NCBI GenBank assembly: GCA_016839555.1
Contig: JAEOUA010000003.1
Coordinates: 1 to 64,000 of the forward strand
Direction of reading: 5' to 3'
Origin: Promethearchaeota archaeon
Lineage (GTDB): Archaea; Asgardarchaeota; Lokiarchaeia; Sigyniarchaeales; SOKP01
Length of the DNA: 64,000 bases
The position numbers and the translations under genes were made by a program. A model generated the notes under the pieces. That model made no database searches and was not told where the DNA came from. It saw only the letters and a list, made by a program, of their open reading frames with translations. This document shows, in pieces, positions 10,720-19,837 of the stretch; position 1 is the stretch's first letter, and every line of letters starts with the position of its first letter.

Positions 10720-10917
10720 TGGATAATAGGAATTTCACTGAAACAATTTATTAACGTGCATTGTTTCAATGAATCGAAACGGATACGTTAGAAAAAATTA
10801 TTGCTAATGCTTTCTGGAGTTTCAATGGTTTTGTGTATTTTACTTTAGAACTCATAATAAATGCAATTAATTAAGAGTAGTTAATTTTCTGGTTGTTAAA
10901 ATGCTTTGATAATATCC
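10720..10917 (-). ncRNA. Candidate structured ncRNA A (~198 nt)
   Basis: Minus-strand BRE/TATA (AAAGTTTATA, 10943-10952) about 26-30 nt upstream. 5' GGAUAUUA pairs with 3' UAUUAUCC. A 14-bp hairpin (10734-10773) is fully paired only on the minus strand (one G-U). Second hairpin at 10850-10878. Followed by a U6 tract. Confidence 0.5.
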
Positions 10918-11002
10918 GAGATATAATGTTAAGTGATGATAATATAAACTTTAATATCAATCTGGTGTATTATTTTATATAGTAAAAAGAAAAACGCTTT
11001 TA

Positions 11003-11152
11003 AGATATTTCTAAAGAAATATTAGAGACTTCTGGTTACACAGCAATAAATATAAATAAAATGTCGGCAAGTTTACCCGAACTAAACCAACTTTATGTCT
11101 CATTGAGAGGGTATTTATTATTAAACCAATGCAAATTATTTCCTATTATCCA
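11003..11152 (+). ncRNA. Candidate structured ncRNA B (~150 nt), divergent from A
   Basis: TTTATA at 10974. Starts AGATATT like A and ends with the same 13-mer TTCCTATTATCCA. Nested stems GAGAC/GTCTC, TGGTT/AACCA, TCGG/CCGA, then CATTG/CAATG. Confidence 0.38.
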
Positions 11153-11336
11153 GATAAATAATGGGCTTTCAAATATTTAAATCTTTTGCTAATTAATTAA
11201 TAATTTGTTAGATTATGAGATAAAATATTTAATTAAAACAAATTTAAAAGCTATAAGCCGTTTCTTTATATAAATAAAAATTATTATAGTATTTCTCATT
11301 TGATAATTGTTAATCAGTTAATACTAGTGATTCACC

Positions 11337-11732
11337 ACGTCGCAAGATCAAGCAAATGTACCTATAAATATTCAATTATTTGGTATCGGAAATTTACAAG
11401 GTAAAATTATCCGCCATCTTGCACCCCTTTCTTCTGATGCGATTCTGAAAAAACTACCTTTGATTTTACGGGGCAGATTTGGACCGTCTTTTAAGTCAAA
11501 ACATTATTGGACACTTCCTGGAGTAGGTATCTATAAAGGACTTCATAAAAATGCTCAAAAGAAGGTAAATAAGGGGCAAATAGTCTATAATCCCAAAACT
11601 GATGAATTAATGATCATTTTAGAGGATCAAGAACTACCTACGAAAACAAATATTATTGGTGAGGTTGAAAATAATCTTGAGTTGGTCTTAAAAGCGCGAA
11701 ATGGGTTGAATACAAAAATATCTAAATTATAA
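11337..11732 (+). CDS. Cyclophilin-like fold protein (TM1367/DUF369-like); start extended upstream of the track call
   Basis: The frame is open 41 codons upstream of TTG 11460 and encodes IQLFGIGNLQGKIIRHLAPLSSDAILKKLP, the expected N-terminus. Putative ACG start at 11337. Confidence 0.7.
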   Translation, partial: TSQDQANVPINIQLFGIGNLQGKIIRHLAPLSSDAILKKLPLILRGRFGPSFKSKHYWTLPGVGIYKGLHKNAQKKVNKGQIVYNPKTDELMIILEDQELPTKTNIIGEVENNLELVLKARNGLNTKISKL

Positions 11733-11871
11733 GAGAAGTTATAATAATAGAAAAAATGCATTCTATTGAACTTAAAATCGCGACTCAATTAATCATTAGT
11801 TTTACTTCTTAATTATTTAATTAAAGAGCATATAAAACACCTTAATCAAATCACCAAAAAAATAATAAAAT

Positions 11872-12708
11872 ATGGCTGTCTCAAAAGTATTGAATTTAGT
11901 ATTCCTGAGTTTATTTTTAGTGGTTTTTATTTATTTAGTTTGCATTATTCTTTTTCCATCATTCCAGAAACTCATAATAGACGCACGAGAATTTTTTACC
12001 ATCTTTATTTATCAAACTAATTATTTTATCGCATTATTATTTGTCTTTATAGTATGCTTAATCGGAAATCTTAGTTTTGGATTCCCCATCCCCTATCCAT
12101 TCATCTTATTCAGCATAAGCAACTCAATCTATTTAAATTATAGCCATTTAAATATTTTTACGAGTCCTATTAGCTTAATATATCCCTTCTGGCTTCAAAT
12201 TCTGGGACTTACCTTTTCGGGAGGGCTAGGAAGTGCGTTCGGAGAGATGCTCGGCTATATCATCGGAAGAAAAGCAAAAGATATAGTAGGCGAAAAAAAA
12301 ACCCAAGTGATAAAAAATATTGAAGGATTCGGAAAAATTATATTAAAAAATCCAAGAAGAACCTATCTTTATATCTTTCTGTTTGCTGCTCTACCACTTC
12401 CTGACGATCCTTTATGGGCAAGTATTGGGTTTACAGTTAAAAATGAAAAGAGTTACAATTTTTCCCTCATCTCTTCAATCACCGCTGCGTGGATGGGTAA
12501 AAATGTTACAACAATTTTTTATTGCATGCTCCCGATACTTATTGCTCTTGGGCTTTATAATGCAGGAATACAAATAGATGATACTTCAAGCATTATTACA
12601 GAAGCAATATTCCTGCTATTTACGATCCTATTAATGTATATGATAATGGCCTTCGATTGGAACAAATATATAAAAGAAAAAGATTTATTGCGCTTCCAAT
12701 CAGAATAA
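11872..12708 (+). CDS. DedA/VTT-like integral membrane protein
   Basis: GGLGSAFGEMLGYIIGR and FAALPLPDD motifs; multiple TM helices. Confidence 0.65.
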   Translation: MAVSKVLNLVFLSLFLVVFIYLVCIILFPSFQKLIIDAREFFTIFIYQTNYFIALLFVFIVCLIGNLSFGFPIPYPFILFSISNSIYLNYSHLNIFTSPISLIYPFWLQILGLTFSGGLGSAFGEMLGYIIGRKAKDIVGEKKTQVIKNIEGFGKIILKNPRRTYLYIFLFAALPLPDDPLWASIGFTVKNEKSYNFSLISSITAAWMGKNVTTIFYCMLPILIALGLYNAGIQIDDTSSIITEAIFLLFTILLMYMIMAFDWNKYIKEKDLLRFQSE

Positions 12709-12745
12709 TTATAAAATCTTTATATAAAGAAGAAGTTATAAAATA

Positions 12746-12860
12746 GAGTTGATAAGCTCATTTAACTGAATTAATCAATGAGATGTATTATTTTTTAAGC
12801 AATTTTTACATACGAAAACAACCTTTCTTTTGTCTTTTGAGTTTTCGTCGTAATATACTC
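12746..12860 (+). ncRNA. Candidate multi-hairpin ncRNA C (~115 nt)
   Basis: TTTATATA at 12719. Three abutting stems: CTCATT/AATGAG (12757-12782), ATGTA/TACAT (12783-12811), ACGAAAAC/GTTTTCGT (12812-12848), closed by GAGT/ACTC. Confidence 0.35.
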
Positions 12861-12952
12861 GCTTATATATATAATTTTGACAAATTTCACAGACAGCTGA
12901 AGTTCTTTCTTCTTTTAAAAGTGGACCTAAGTTTTCAAATGTCAATCTTATT

Positions 12953-13258
12953 TCACAGTCTTTTAGAAATTTCTATTTCGATTTGAGATACAATATCATT
13001 GTCAAATTTGTTCTTTCTATTTCGATTGTTTTTTCCTTTTCTATAAAAAGGGCGACTTCCCAAGGTTATATCGGATATTTCAACGGCAGGTCCCATTCGT
13101 TGACGTAAAATTTCCGCGATTTCAACTGCAGTTGAAATTTCTTTTCCCTCCCCACAGATCAAAATAGAGGCTTTTCCATCAGCAAAGGCAAAGATAGCAG
13201 ATTTTATTGCATCATTTTTATCTTTCCTTTTTCGAATCTTTATAATGCTATTATTCAT
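12953..13258 (-). CDS. Divergent Alba-family nucleic-acid-binding protein
   Basis: G.EISTAVEIAEILRQR...ISDITLGS...VSQIEIEISK matches the Alba pattern G.AISKAVD..EI.R.R...I.IGS...VS.IEI. Confidence 0.8.
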   Translation of the reverse strand: MNNSIIKIRKRKDKNDAIKSAIFAFADGKASILICGEGKEISTAVEIAEILRQRMGPAVEISDITLGSRPFYRKGKNNRNRKNKFDNDIVSQIEIEISKRL

Positions 13259-13419
13259 GCTTTAAATTCCTATTGAAAAATAGTGGTTTTAGGCAATTCT
13301 GAGAAATTATAATAATTTCTTATTTATATATAATTTTTGTTAATTTTAAAAGTTAGTTATATCTTTAATTATTAGAGGTTTTAATCCCATTTATAGATTT
13401 GTAAAATTACGATTAATTT

Positions 13420-14613
13420 TTAGCTAATTTTAGAAAAGGCGTTTAGTTCAATTTCGTTAACATTTTCGGTGTACCTAGAGATTTGGTTAAAAACATTATT
13501 ACAAAGTAAGCGTTCTTCGGTATCTAGGTAATCCCAAAATGAATTAAGAAATTTCATTTTATTACTTAAATCTTTTAACATCATAATACAGATATTTTTT
13601 GGTTTTTCTAAGAGAGTAAGGATTTCTCTAGTGAAATTCTGCTTCTTTTTCTCATATAATTCAAAATTTCCGTTATTCTTTAATTTTTTTAATATTTTTT
13701 CGTATTTAGCAATTTTTTCTTCAATAGATTTCCTAAAGTCGGGGATGATATACTTTTTCTCACTTTCATCAGCCTCCCAAGTATAAGATTCCTCAAGTTG
13801 TTTCCATAAGGGAGGAAAATCTGGACTTGTTTGGGGAAGGGGAATTATGCCATAAAGTTCTTGAAGTTTAGCGATATCTTTATTCCTAATTTTTTCTTTT
13901 ATATGAGTTAATCTTTTTTCTATAGTTGATTGGTTTTTTAGAATTTTTTCAATCACTTTATCTATACGTTCTAATAATATCTTTTTTTCGGGATTAAACA
14001 AGAGTTCAACAGTTTCATAGCCCGAAGGAATGCCTCTTTTTGCATTTTTTAATCTTAATCCCGAAATGCCTAATGATTGTTTATTTTTTTCTACATGGTC
14101 AAAAATCAATCCAATGGCATCTGGATTATTTGTTTGATATCCCAATTGAGTAAGAGAATCTATTGGTGAAAAAAAGAATCCAAAACCGGGATGTGTGTGC
14201 CACCAACCAATAATAAAATCATTTTTTTTGTCCTTTAGAGCCTTTTCATATATTTTGTAATCTATTTCTGCCATATCTACATACTGCTTGTCTTCATATT
14301 CAACGCCAGCTCTTTGACCCGCTATCATTGGTATGGCATCCTTAATAAGCACAAAATTATTTTCACTTGAACCAACAAGTATTCCGTATACCTCCCTCCA
14401 ATTTTTCCTTTTTATTTTATCACTGGCGTATCTGATTCCATACCCCACAATTCGTTTATAAGCTTTCCAAAACAAAACAAAATTTTTGCCATCCTGTTTA
14501 AAAGATTCCTTTTTTTCTATATCTTTGAGAAAATTCATGAATTCTTGATATTCTAAAGAGTCATCGAATGTAATATTCTTTTTATTCTTATTCTTAATTC
14601 CAAATAGTTTCAT
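13420..14613 (-). CDS. MPN+/JAMM metalloisopeptidase (Rpn11/CSN5-like) with helical C-terminus
   Basis: EVYGIL plus GWWHTHPGFGFFFSPID, an intact HxHx7Sx2D motif. Confidence 0.9.
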   Translation of the reverse strand: MKLFGIKNKNKKNITFDDSLEYQEFMNFLKDIEKKESFKQDGKNFVLFWKAYKRIVGYGIRYASDKIKRKNWREVYGILVGSSENNFVLIKDAIPMIAGQRAGVEYEDKQYVDMAEIDYKIYEKALKDKKNDFIIGWWHTHPGFGFFFSPIDSLTQLGYQTNNPDAIGLIFDHVEKNKQSLGISGLRLKNAKRGIPSGYETVELLFNPEKKILLERIDKVIEKILKNQSTIEKRLTHIKEKIRNKDIAKLQELYGIIPLPQTSPDFPPLWKQLEESYTWEADESEKKYIIPDFRKSIEEKIAKYEKILKKLKNNGNFELYEKKKQNFTREILTLLEKPKNICIMMLKDLSNKMKFLNSFWDYLDTEERLLCNNVFNQISRYTENVNEIELNAFSKIS

Positions 14614-14684
14614 AAATCCTCTTTATTCCCAAAGTTCATGAAATATCTCAAATTCCTAATTTCATAACATATTGTAATATTATA

Positions 14685-14796
14685 TATATTAAAAATATTT
14701 TTTTCGCGTTATAAGTATTATATATATACATTATTTCAATTATATTAAAAATATTTTTTCGAATTATAAGTAATTATATTTAAAGAATATTTCAAT
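14685..14796. repeat. Imperfect 56-bp tandem duplication in a divergent promoter region
   Basis: TATATTAAAAATATTTTTTTCG..TTATAAGTA...TATTTCAAT occurs at 14685-14740 and again at 14741-14796. Confidence 0.75.
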
Positions 14797-14801
14797 AAAA
14801 A

Positions 14802-15347
14802 ATGAAAAAGCTTATAGGTTTCTGTGGACTACCCGGTTCTGGCAAATCTACAGCAATAGAATCTATTAATGATCTAGGAAAAATTATTATTATGGGGAAT
14901 ATAGTTAGGAATGAACTACAGGAAAGAAATATACCCCTCACAGATGAGAATTTAGGAAATATTGCTAAAAGTTTACGTGAAAAATATGGAAAAGGCATTA
15001 TTGCTAAGAAATGTGTAGAATTAATAAAAAAACAAAACAATATTGTATTATTTATTGATGGATTAAGGTCTATGGAAGAAGTTAAAGTGTTTAGAAACTA
15101 TTGGAAATTCCCTATAATTGCAATTACAACAAGCCAAAAAAAAAGATTTAATATTATTAGAAAAAGAGCAAGAAAAGATGATCCTAAATCTCTAGAAGAA
15201 TTAATTTTGAGAGATCAGAGGGAGATGAACTTTGGACTTAAAGAGGTTATTGAGAAGGCCGATTTTACAATTATTAATGATACTACAAAAAAAGATCTGA
15301 AAAAAAAAACAAGAAGATTAGTATTAAGTATATTGAAGGATTATTAA
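14802..15347 (+). CDS. P-loop kinase, UPF0200 / NMP-dephospho-CoA kinase-like
   Basis: GLPGSGKS, IDGLRS.EE, R.R.DD, RDQRE..FG. Confidence 0.85.
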   Translation: MKKLIGFCGLPGSGKSTAIESINDLGKIIIMGNIVRNELQERNIPLTDENLGNIAKSLREKYGKGIIAKKCVELIKKQNNIVLFIDGLRSMEEVKVFRNYWKFPIIAITTSQKKRFNIIRKRARKDDPKSLEELILRDQREMNFGLKEVIEKADFTIINDTTKKDLKKKTRRLVLSILKDY

Positions 15348-15361
15348 GATATCTGAAAGAA

Positions 15362-16273
15362 TTATTCCAAATAATCAATTATTATTTTTGCTAAAGATAC
15401 TTTACTTGCTTCATTATCTATAGAGTCAGTACCAATTATCTCATCAGCTCCTGCATTCAAAATACGAAATTTAGCATTTTCTAATAGTAAGGCATGAGTC
15501 GCAACAGCATATATTTTTTTTGCGCCACTTTCTTTTGAGAGCTTTATAGCACTTGCCATAGTACCCCCTGTAGCAATTATATCATCAGCTATTACCACAT
15601 CCTTCTCCTCTAAACTTAACTCACCAGACATAGTAATTTCGCCAGTTTTTACATCTCTTTTTTTTTCAAATACATCCACAGGAATTTTTTCCCCAAAATG
15701 CCGGGCAAATGCTTTTGATCTTTCTAATGCTCCCTTATCTGGTGAAACTACTACGATATCTTTTGCTCCTAACGACTTAATGTAATCAGCCAATAATTTC
15801 ATCGAATCGATATTCACCGCCTTACAGGATAATTCTTCCAGAGTTTTGGGAGCGTGTATATCTACTACATAAAATTCATCAATATTCATTGAATTAATTA
15901 TTTGAAGGATCACTTTCGCAAATTCTGATTCTCCTGGCCTAAAAATTTTATCTTGGCGAGCATACGCTAAATAAGGAACAATTACTATTATCTTACGAGC
16001 ACCTATTCGTTTTACAGCATCAATCATCATAAATAACTCAAAAACTCTCGCATTTTGATCTCTATTCGCACTCGGTCCTGTTGATTGAACTATGATGATT
16101 TCTTTACCTTCTAGGATAGTTTCATCTTCCAAATTCAGTCGTAAATAATTTTCCCCATCTGGAAAGGTCTTAAATTCTGTATTAATGCATGGAATTCTTA
16201 ACCCGTTCGCAATCTTTACTCCTAATAATTGTGAAGCTGGTCCAACGATTAAAAATCTTTCTGACATTTTCAA
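15362..16273 (-). CDS. prs: Ribose-phosphate pyrophosphokinase
   Basis: FPDGE, PYLAYARQDK, VSPDKGA, DDIIATGGT. Confidence 0.96.
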   Translation of the reverse strand: MKMSERFLIVGPASQLLGVKIANGLRIPCINTEFKTFPDGENYLRLNLEDETILEGKEIIIVQSTGPSANRDQNARVFELFMMIDAVKRIGARKIIVIVPYLAYARQDKIFRPGESEFAKVILQIINSMNIDEFYVVDIHAPKTLEELSCKAVNIDSMKLLADYIKSLGAKDIVVVSPDKGALERSKAFARHFGEKIPVDVFEKKRDVKTGEITMSGELSLEEKDVVIADDIIATGGTMASAIKLSKESGAKKIYAVATHALLLENAKFRILNAGADEIIGTDSIDNEASKVSLAKIIIDYLE

Positions 16274-16331
16274 TCAAAGCTAAATATTTCAGAGTATAAT
16301 ATAATAATAATCTAGGATTTATTTCTTTTAT

Positions 16332-17057
16332 TTAATATTTCAAAAATTCCAAGGTTTTTTCAACTATAAAATCACGGTGCCCTTTAAATGAATGTCCTCC
16401 TTTTTCAAATATTAAAGTGTTCTCTTCCGGAAGATCTAAATAATCTTTTATAAAAAGAATATTTTCAAAAGGAATTTGATTATCATCTTTACAATGGGCT
16501 AATAATATCCTTTCTTTATTTTGAGGATCTTTCTTGAGAAAAAAATGAGGACTGATTTTTTTAATAGTCTGCTCTGGAAAACGTATTGTACCCACGCTAT
16601 GATAATCATAGCGAGTACATAAGGCAATTAATTTTGAAACTCTTTCCTCTATAAAACCGTGGGTTAATATAATTGCACCTCCAAAACTTCTCCCAAATAA
16701 ATGTATTTTTGGATTATTTTTAAGCTTTTGATTTTTATGCCATTTATAAATCCAATCGATAACTTCATGAGAATCAGAAAAAATTTGCGGCAACATTTTT
16801 AACCAATTTTTACCTGTTTGTAGTGCAGTTTCTCCATGAGCACGATAATCGTATGATAATATATTAATTCCTGAATTAGCAAATTTTTCCGAAAAAAATT
16901 TCACAAATTTACTATTTCGGTGTTCTAATAGACCTGGGAGTATTATAATCCAATGGTTTAGTAATGTAGAACCGGATGGAATATATATGGTTCCTTTTAG
17001 GACTAAATTCTCATCCTTTATTGGAATATCTATATTTTGAGTGGTAAAATGATCCAT
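16332..17057 (-). CDS. Alpha/beta hydrolase
   Basis: DYRAHGE, nucleophile elbow GRSFG, D..IP, GGHSF. Confidence 0.88.
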   Translation of the reverse strand: MDHFTTQNIDIPIKDENLVLKGTIYIPSGSTLLNHWIIILPGLLEHRNSKFVKFFSEKFANSGINILSYDYRAHGETALQTGKNWLKMLPQIFSDSHEVIDWIYKWHKNQKLKNNPKIHLFGRSFGGAIILTHGFIEERVSKLIALCTRYDYHSVGTIRFPEQTIKKISPHFFLKKDPQNKERILLAHCKDDNQIPFENILFIKDYLDLPEENTLIFEKGGHSFKGHRDFIVEKTLEFLKY

Positions 17058-17072
17058 TATTAGAATAAGAAA

Positions 17073-17528
17073 TTATTTTTTATTTTTATATTTGTTTATA
17101 GCTTTTTTCAGAGTTGTTGCCGCTAACACTGCGCAATGTTTATGGTTATCAGGTAATCCATGGAGTGCTTCGTCGATTTCTTTTGCTGTCAATTTTTCCA
17201 CCTCATCCATTGGTTTACCTATTACCATCAGGGTTGCCTGACTTCCGGTGGCTACACTGGCGCCACAGCCGTCTGTTAAAAAATGGGCATCTTTAACTAT
17301 TCCATTATCGATTTTAAGAAAGAATTGCATGGTATCTCCACAAGACCCTTTATAAGACTCTTCAACAGTAAAATCTTTAGGTTTTCCCCAATTCTGTGGA
17401 TTATGAAAAAGATTCACAATATATTCATTATATTCCCTCAATTCTTCTTCAATAATCTGTTGCTGTAAACTTTCAACAAATTCATCAAAATTATCTTTCT
17501 TTTTTGTCATTTCTAATCTTGTATTCAT
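17073..17528 (-). CDS. IscU/NifU-like Fe-S scaffold protein
   Basis: PQNWG, SCGD, DGCGAS, LPDNHKHCA. Confidence 0.9.
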   Translation of the reverse strand: MNTRLEMTKKKDNFDEFVESLQQQIIEEELREYNEYIVNLFHNPQNWGKPKDFTVEESYKGSCGDTMQFFLKIDNGIVKDAHFLTDGCGASVATGSQATLMVIGKPMDEVEKLTAKEIDEALHGLPDNHKHCAVLAATTLKKAINKYKNKK

Positions 17529-17564
17529 TTTCTCTTAATTTTTTATAGGAATCAAAAAAATTCT

Positions 17565-17840
17565 CTAATCATCATGATCTAAAACGTGTTTTTCTAAGTT
17601 TTTTAGATCTTTATAATCTTTTGGCATTTGTTTATATTTTCTGACGATATCTATAATTGATTGATTTAGAGTTTGATGTTCAGAAATACATTTACTTTGT
17701 TGTAGAAATTCTTCACTATGTCGAATAGCTGCTAAATTTTCGGTTATTTTAGTTAATTCAGTAGCGATAATTCCGTTGATATAGATTAAATCAGAGAGCT
17801 GATTTTTAATATACATCAATAGATTTAAGTTATCAGACAT
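17565..17840 (-). CDS. Hypothetical helical protein
   Basis: 91-aa ORF, first of a co-oriented run ending in prs. Confidence 0.7.
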   Translation of the reverse strand: MSDNLNLLMYIKNQLSDLIYINGIIATELTKITENLAAIRHSEEFLQQSKCISEHQTLNQSIIDIVRKYKQMPKDYKDLKNLEKHVLDHDD

Positions 17841-18176
17841 TCTATGTTAGATAAAGCATTCTTTAAATAAAAACTTAATAAATATAGCTTGTTATGGGAA
17901 CTTGCTCTCGATAAACATAAGCATATAAAATAAAAAAGTTTATTAAGCAAATTTTTCTTCTTTACAATTTTAATAAACTGAAATAAATATGAATATTGAA
18001 CTTAAAAATCCTTTTATATTTGGGATAACTGCGGGATATAATGTTAAAAATTCATATAAAAATTTGGAAAAGGTCTTAGGACAATTATTTTGAAAATAAA
18101 ATAATAATAAGAGATGGATGAAAATTAGCATTTAAATAGAAAAATAATATTCTTAAATATATAATTTGGTTTATAT

Positions 18177-19808
18177 TTGTCTTTACATTCAGTTTATATT
18201 ATGAACCTTGATTTTGATTTAAATCTTTTTGCTGAAACAGCAAAGGAAATCTATGATAGAGCAAAAAAGGAAAATAGATTAATAGAGAATCCTTCAATTA
18301 AGAAATTGAAAATATTAACTGAAAATGAACCAGGAGTGAAAAAATCTAAATTTGGTAATCTTGTTGCCGAATCGGAACCAACCTCTCGTAGTGCAATGTT
18401 TACAGAAAACAGTATAGATTATGAATTTGGTGATAAAGAGCTAAATTTATTAAAAAATTGTAAAGAGTCCTTAAGTACTCAAAAAATTGTTAGTATTGAT
18501 AGAATTGTTGGAAATTTACAGAGTAATATAACTATCAGGTTAATTCTTCCTTTAGATTTTGTCCATGTCGCCTATGGGGGCGGTCTATTATTCGCACCCA
18601 CGAAAGAACCATTAGAATCCCCCACATATGAAATAATCATGTTTTCTGATGATGAATTTGATTCAAATAAAAATTTACCACTTCCAGAAAAAGACATAAC
18701 AATAAGATTAGCGATGTTAAAAAATGGTAGAATGATAAAAATTTGTCGAAATTCTAATTATATAGGTGAATATAAAAAGGGAGTTTTTGCAGCACAGGAT
18801 TGGAGAGTGAAATTTGATAATATTGGAATATTTCTGCATGCTGGATGTCGAGAAGATTATTTACAATCATTTCGTGGAAATTATATATATGTCCGTTCGC
18901 TTTTTATAGCTTTAAGTGCAAATGGAAAAACCACCACAACATGCAAGGTTTTAGGTAGAAAAGATAAAGAAAAAAGTTGGCTGATTCAAGATGATGGAGG
19001 CACATTAATGGAGGATGGTTCATTTAGAGGTTTTGAATATGGTGGTATCTTTGTCAAAACCGAAGGAGTTAACCCCAGTAATCAAATAGAGACATTTTAT
19101 GGATTATTAAAACCTGATACTTTTTTAGAAAATGTTTACCTTGATGAAGACGGAGACTATGATTTTTTTAACTTCGAAAGAACCTCTAATGGTCGTGCAA
19201 TTATAAAAAGGAAAGATTTCATGCATGCGAGCACAAGAATAGATGTTCCAAGAATCGATAATATCATTTTAATAACGCGTGGCCCCATAATACCAGCTAT
19301 TGCCAAGCTTACAACTGAACAAGCAGTAGCATTCATGATTTTAGGACAATCCATGGAATCCTCCGCAGGAGATCCTACTAAAGCTGGAAAAATTCGAAAT
19401 ATTTTCTTTTATGACCCTTTTCTTTCTGGGGATCGTGCGGAACATGCTAATAGATTTTATGAAATGCTAAAAAATTTACCTCATATTGATTGTTATCTGA
19501 TAAATACAGGAGGAATCGGGGAGGGAAGACATTATAAAGAAATAACAATTGAACATACAATGGGTATATTAGATTCTTTATTAAGAGGTGGACTTCAAGA
19601 CTGGATAGAATCTTCAACGGGTTTAATCGTTCCGACGGCAATTCGGTCAGTGGATCAAATTTATCTTCATCCAGAAAATCTTTATTCAACAGATGATTTT
19701 AATATTCGACAAAGGGAGCTTGAAAAAATAAGATATAACACTATTTTAAAATACCAGCAAAAATTACATCCAAAAATTTTACAAGTTTTTAAAAAACCAG
19801 GTGAGTAA
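18177..19808 (+). CDS. pckA: Phosphoenolpyruvate carboxykinase (ATP)
   Basis: YIGEYKKG, LHAG, LSANGKTT, QDD, ENV, NGR, YLINTG. Confidence 0.9.
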   Translation: MSLHSVYIMNLDFDLNLFAETAKEIYDRAKKENRLIENPSIKKLKILTENEPGVKKSKFGNLVAESEPTSRSAMFTENSIDYEFGDKELNLLKNCKESLSTQKIVSIDRIVGNLQSNITIRLILPLDFVHVAYGGGLLFAPTKEPLESPTYEIIMFSDDEFDSNKNLPLPEKDITIRLAMLKNGRMIKICRNSNYIGEYKKGVFAAQDWRVKFDNIGIFLHAGCREDYLQSFRGNYIYVRSLFIALSANGKTTTTCKVLGRKDKEKSWLIQDDGGTLMEDGSFRGFEYGGIFVKTEGVNPSNQIETFYGLLKPDTFLENVYLDEDGDYDFFNFERTSNGRAIIKRKDFMHASTRIDVPRIDNIILITRGPIIPAIAKLTTEQAVAFMILGQSMESSAGDPTKAGKIRNIFFYDPFLSGDRAEHANRFYEMLKNLPHIDCYLINTGGIGEGRHYKEITIEHTMGILDSLLRGGLQDWIESSTGLIVPTAIRSVDQIYLHPENLYSTDDFNIRQRELEKIRYNTILKYQQKLHPKILQVFKKPGE

Positions 19809-19837
19809 TTTAAAAAGGAGATAATAAATTAATTTTG

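Noticed and set aside
10760-10830. Two GTTTCAAT (reverse complement ATTGAAAC) motifs like CRISPR repeat ends, and TCTGG recurring about every 70-75 bp up to 11035
   Set aside because: The flanking sequence is not repeated, there is no full-length repeat unit, and there are no cas genes in the window.
10766-10855. 29-codon minus ORF MSSKVKYTKPLKLQKALAIIFSNVSVSIH ending in TGA inside a hairpin
   Set aside because: No Cys context, only 4 codons follow the TGA, and I recognise no family; better explained as part of candidate RNA A.
12783-12986. 67-aa plus-strand ORF from the track
   Set aside because: It overlaps the Alba-like gene, has an unprotein-like composition and coincides with candidate RNA C.
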